From contig NIVC01001359.1 of assembly GCA_002269645.1 (NCBI GenBank), positions 1 through 64,000 on the forward strand: a DNA stretch of 64,000 nt, written 5' to 3'. The DNA is from Macrostomum lignano. Lineage: Eukaryota. The notes under the pieces are model-generated. The model saw only the letters and a list, made by a program, of their open reading frames with translations, searched no databases and was not told the DNA's origin. Positions 61,385 to 64,000 of the stretch are shown in pieces. Within the stretch, counting starts at the first letter, position 1. Each line of letters begins with the position of its first letter. Position numbers and translations under genes: made by a program.

Positions 61385-64000
61385 ATGACCAGCAAAGGTC
61401 CGAAGCACCGCCAGAAGCAGCAGCAGCAACAGGACCGCGTACTCCGGGCCTCGTTCCTCATACCGGCCTATCAGAAAACTTTGCCTCAGGCATTGTTTAG
61501 CGACTTGCCAGACGATCATCGACTGCGCAAAATCGAGTCAACCTGCGGCTGCAAAATCAGCTGGGGCAAGCTGCCGGACAGGCTGGCCGAGAAGTACCGT
61601 CTGCTGCAGTTGGCATTCGATCAGCGCGAGAGGCGCGGAAACTATTTGGGCGCGTTGAACCTGCTGAGACTGTACTTTCTGGGACAGATGGCGATGATGC
61701 CGTTTCAGCAGACCCTGATTAGACCAGATGGGAAGCAGGTGAGAGAACTTTCTCGGAATTAAAAAAAAATGGTAGTATCTGAAGAAGGCTGTGGGGGGGG
61801 GGCACCCTAGCGCAGCGCCTTTGACGCCATTGTCCCACGCAGACATGTATTAATATTGAAATCAAGTACATTACGAGCGTATAATCTTACTTCATAAAAT
61901 GTCAACAAATTGTTCCCTAAATTAATAGTCCAGAAAATACGCACACTCACACACAATCCTTCATTACAAAGACAAGCTCATTACCGGACACTGCCAAACC
62001 TTATTGACATTCGGTCCTACCTTTCCGACACACGGCCTTACCGACACACGGTCCTACCTTTCCGACACACGGTCCTACCTTTCCGACACACGGTCCTACC
62101 TTTCCGACACACGGTCCTACCTTACCGACACACGGTCCTACCTTTCCGACACACGGTCCTACCTTTCCGACACACGGTCCTACCTTTCCGACACACGGTC
62201 CTACCTTACCGACACACGGTCTACCTTCCGACACACGGTCCTACCTTACCGACACACGGTCCTACCTTTCCGACACACGGTCCTACCTTACCGACACACG
62301 GTCCTACCTTACCGACACACGGTCCTACCTTTCCGACACACGGTCTTACCTTACCGACACAGTCCTACCTTACCGACACACGGTCCTACCTTTCTGACAC
62401 ACGGTCTACCTTACCGACACACGGTCCTACCTTTCCGACACACGGTCACCTTTCCGACACACGGTCCTACCTTTCCGACACACGGTCCTACCTTTCCGAC
62501 TACCTTACGGTCCTACCTTTCCGACACACGGTCTTACCTTACCGACACACGGTCCTACCTTACCGACACACGGTCCTACCTTTCCGACACACGGTCCTAC
62601 CTTACCGACACACGGTCCTACCTTACCGACACACGGTCCTACCTTACCGACCCATGGTCCTACCTTACACACTTACCACTTCTATCAACCCCGTCTTTTG
62701 CCGCAGGTTACGCGAAAATTCCCAACCTCGGTTGACGACTGTCGCTTGTTGATGCCGCGTCGATTCGATCGATTCGGACGCGATGCAAACGGCATTGTTG
62801 CCAATTTGGCGAAAGCTGCCGCAGCGGCGACGGCGGCGAGAGACTCGGAGTGTCGTCAGCTGGCCGAACAAGTCATCGACAGCTGCCTGCGCTGCTTGGC
62901 GATGCAGGCGGCTTTTGTCGAATCCGAGGCGGCTGCCAACGACGAGGCCACCGCGCGACGAGCCGAAGCGGCCGGTGTCTCGGCGGCCCACCTGGTCAGC
63001 GCCGTTGACACGCTGGCACATTGCGAGATCAGCCGCGCCTGCGTCTGCGCTCTTGTTGAAGCTGGCGAAGCCACTCGGCTGTTGGCCCGTCTGCACACGT
63101 CACTGCAGCCGGCAGCGCCGCCGCCCCTTCATCAATCGTCTGTTTCGCCGTCCCGTCGCCGTATCGACTTCAACTTGTCGACGCAGACTTCAAAATCGTC
63201 CAGCACAGATGCTAAAAAGCGGCCGAGCACTAGAAAAGCTGAAGCGTCCGCTACGACCCGGTTTCGTCCTGGAAACAAGCAGCAGCTGCAGAAGCAACAG
63301 CAGCAGCAACAGCTGCAGCGTCAGAAGCAGCGAACGGTTACAGCAACAACTACAGCTCAACAGGCGAATAACCACCATAAGCCCTACGCAGACAGAGTAA
63401 AGCGCGCCCAGTGCCAGTCTCCGCCTCATCAGCCAGTTCAAGCTTCTAGTCCATACCAGAACCTGCAGCATCGCGCCCAGCTGCAGAAGCAGCAAGCTGC
63501 CCAACACCTTGAGGAATCGTGCGACACCACCCTGGCCGACGTTGAGGCCATCACCTTTGCCGAGTCCGAGTACGTCAACGCGGCCACAGCCGGGGCCAAG
63601 AAGTCTCCCAACTCCGCAGTTGCTTCAACAAAGTTGCCAACAGCCTCGAAGGCCAGTTTGCCAGAGACTCTCCTGCTGTGCGGCCTGCAGCCGAGAGCCG
63701 CCCTGGCTCTGGCCGCGTTGGACCGCTCAGACAGACGTCTGAAAGCGATGGAGCAACGCACCGGCTGTCGGTTGGAACTTCGCGAGCGTCGGTGCAGCAC
63801 AATGCCAGCGACTGAAACTGACACGCCCGTTGGCGACGTCACTCACCAAGTCAGCTATGCTCTGAAGGTGGTGCCGCTTCGATCGGACTCTAAGCCGCGC
63901 GGTTGCGCCAACATGCTTCGATCTCTGCTCCGACGCGTCGACCCGTCCGGTCGGTATTTTTTCTGCGTTGTCGGCGCCTCGGAGATGCCGATAGTGGCGG
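61385..64000 (+). CDS. Orphan protein with two degenerate KH-like motifs; 3' end beyond the window
   Basis: Exon 1 61385..61738 (cag|gtgaga, phase 0); exon 2 from 62707 (ttttgccgcag|) is stop-free for 431 codons to the window edge, checked codon by codon (absent from the ORF track). Motifs LRKIESTCGCKISW and LKAMEQRTGCRLEL. Confidence 0.8.
62005..62670. repeat. 21-bp minisatellite in the intron of the KH-like gene
   Basis: cctacctt(a/t)ccgacacacggt, period 21. Confidence 0.95.

Noticed and set aside
9412-62752. Long repetitive ORFs (e.g. 15415, 29731, 36044, 37492, 40656, 41106, 61910)
   Set aside because: They are translations of stop-poor tandem repeats, open in several frames at once and located in introns or intergenic DNA.
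22781-63507. Antisense or alternate-frame ORFs over real exons (e.g. 22781, 32337, 34472, 44267, 55487, 62665, 62783, 63190)
   Set aside because: Expected shadows of GC-rich coding sequence; no independent motifs.
1-64000. CRISPR arrays
   Set aside because: All arrays are head-to-tail repeats without unique spacers; no cas genes; the DNA is intron-containing and eukaryotic.

Overview
Eukaryotic (animal) genomic DNA: GC-rich, Gln/Ala/Ser-rich exons separated by GT-AG introns, almost all of which carry their own minisatellite. The style suggests a free-living flatworm such as Macrostomum (inference; not provable from the window). The window opens inside a near-perfect 118-bp satellite (~73 copies). 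I then reconstructed, by hand, exon chains for eight genes: GBA2 (3' half), a highly degenerate FAAH/amidase-like protein, LSm11, ADP-ribosylarginine hydrolase (ARH1), centlein (minus strand), a WIP/verprolin-like protein (minus strand), a large AT-hook/low-complexity orphan broken by five same-sign frameshifts, and an orphan with two degenerate KH-like motifs that runs off the window. Mobile-element remnants include a Kolobok-like TIR element containing a 46-bp array, a foldback-like pair of inverted 12-bp arrays, a TA-flanked MITE, an RTE-type LINE 3' fragment, and SINE pieces. The most interesting signals are: (i) several independent links between minisatellites and transposon arms, including satellite motifs reappearing inverted in the satellite's flank; (ii) an LSm11 frame with no upstream ATG that becomes a natural N-terminus if a flatworm spliced-leader AUG is added; (iii) a probable pseudo-amidase; (iv) a 3n, stop-free repeat intron in ARH1. 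Most ORFs in the supplied track are translations of tandem repeats. No prokaryotic features, CRISPR arrays, rRNA or intact tRNA were found.
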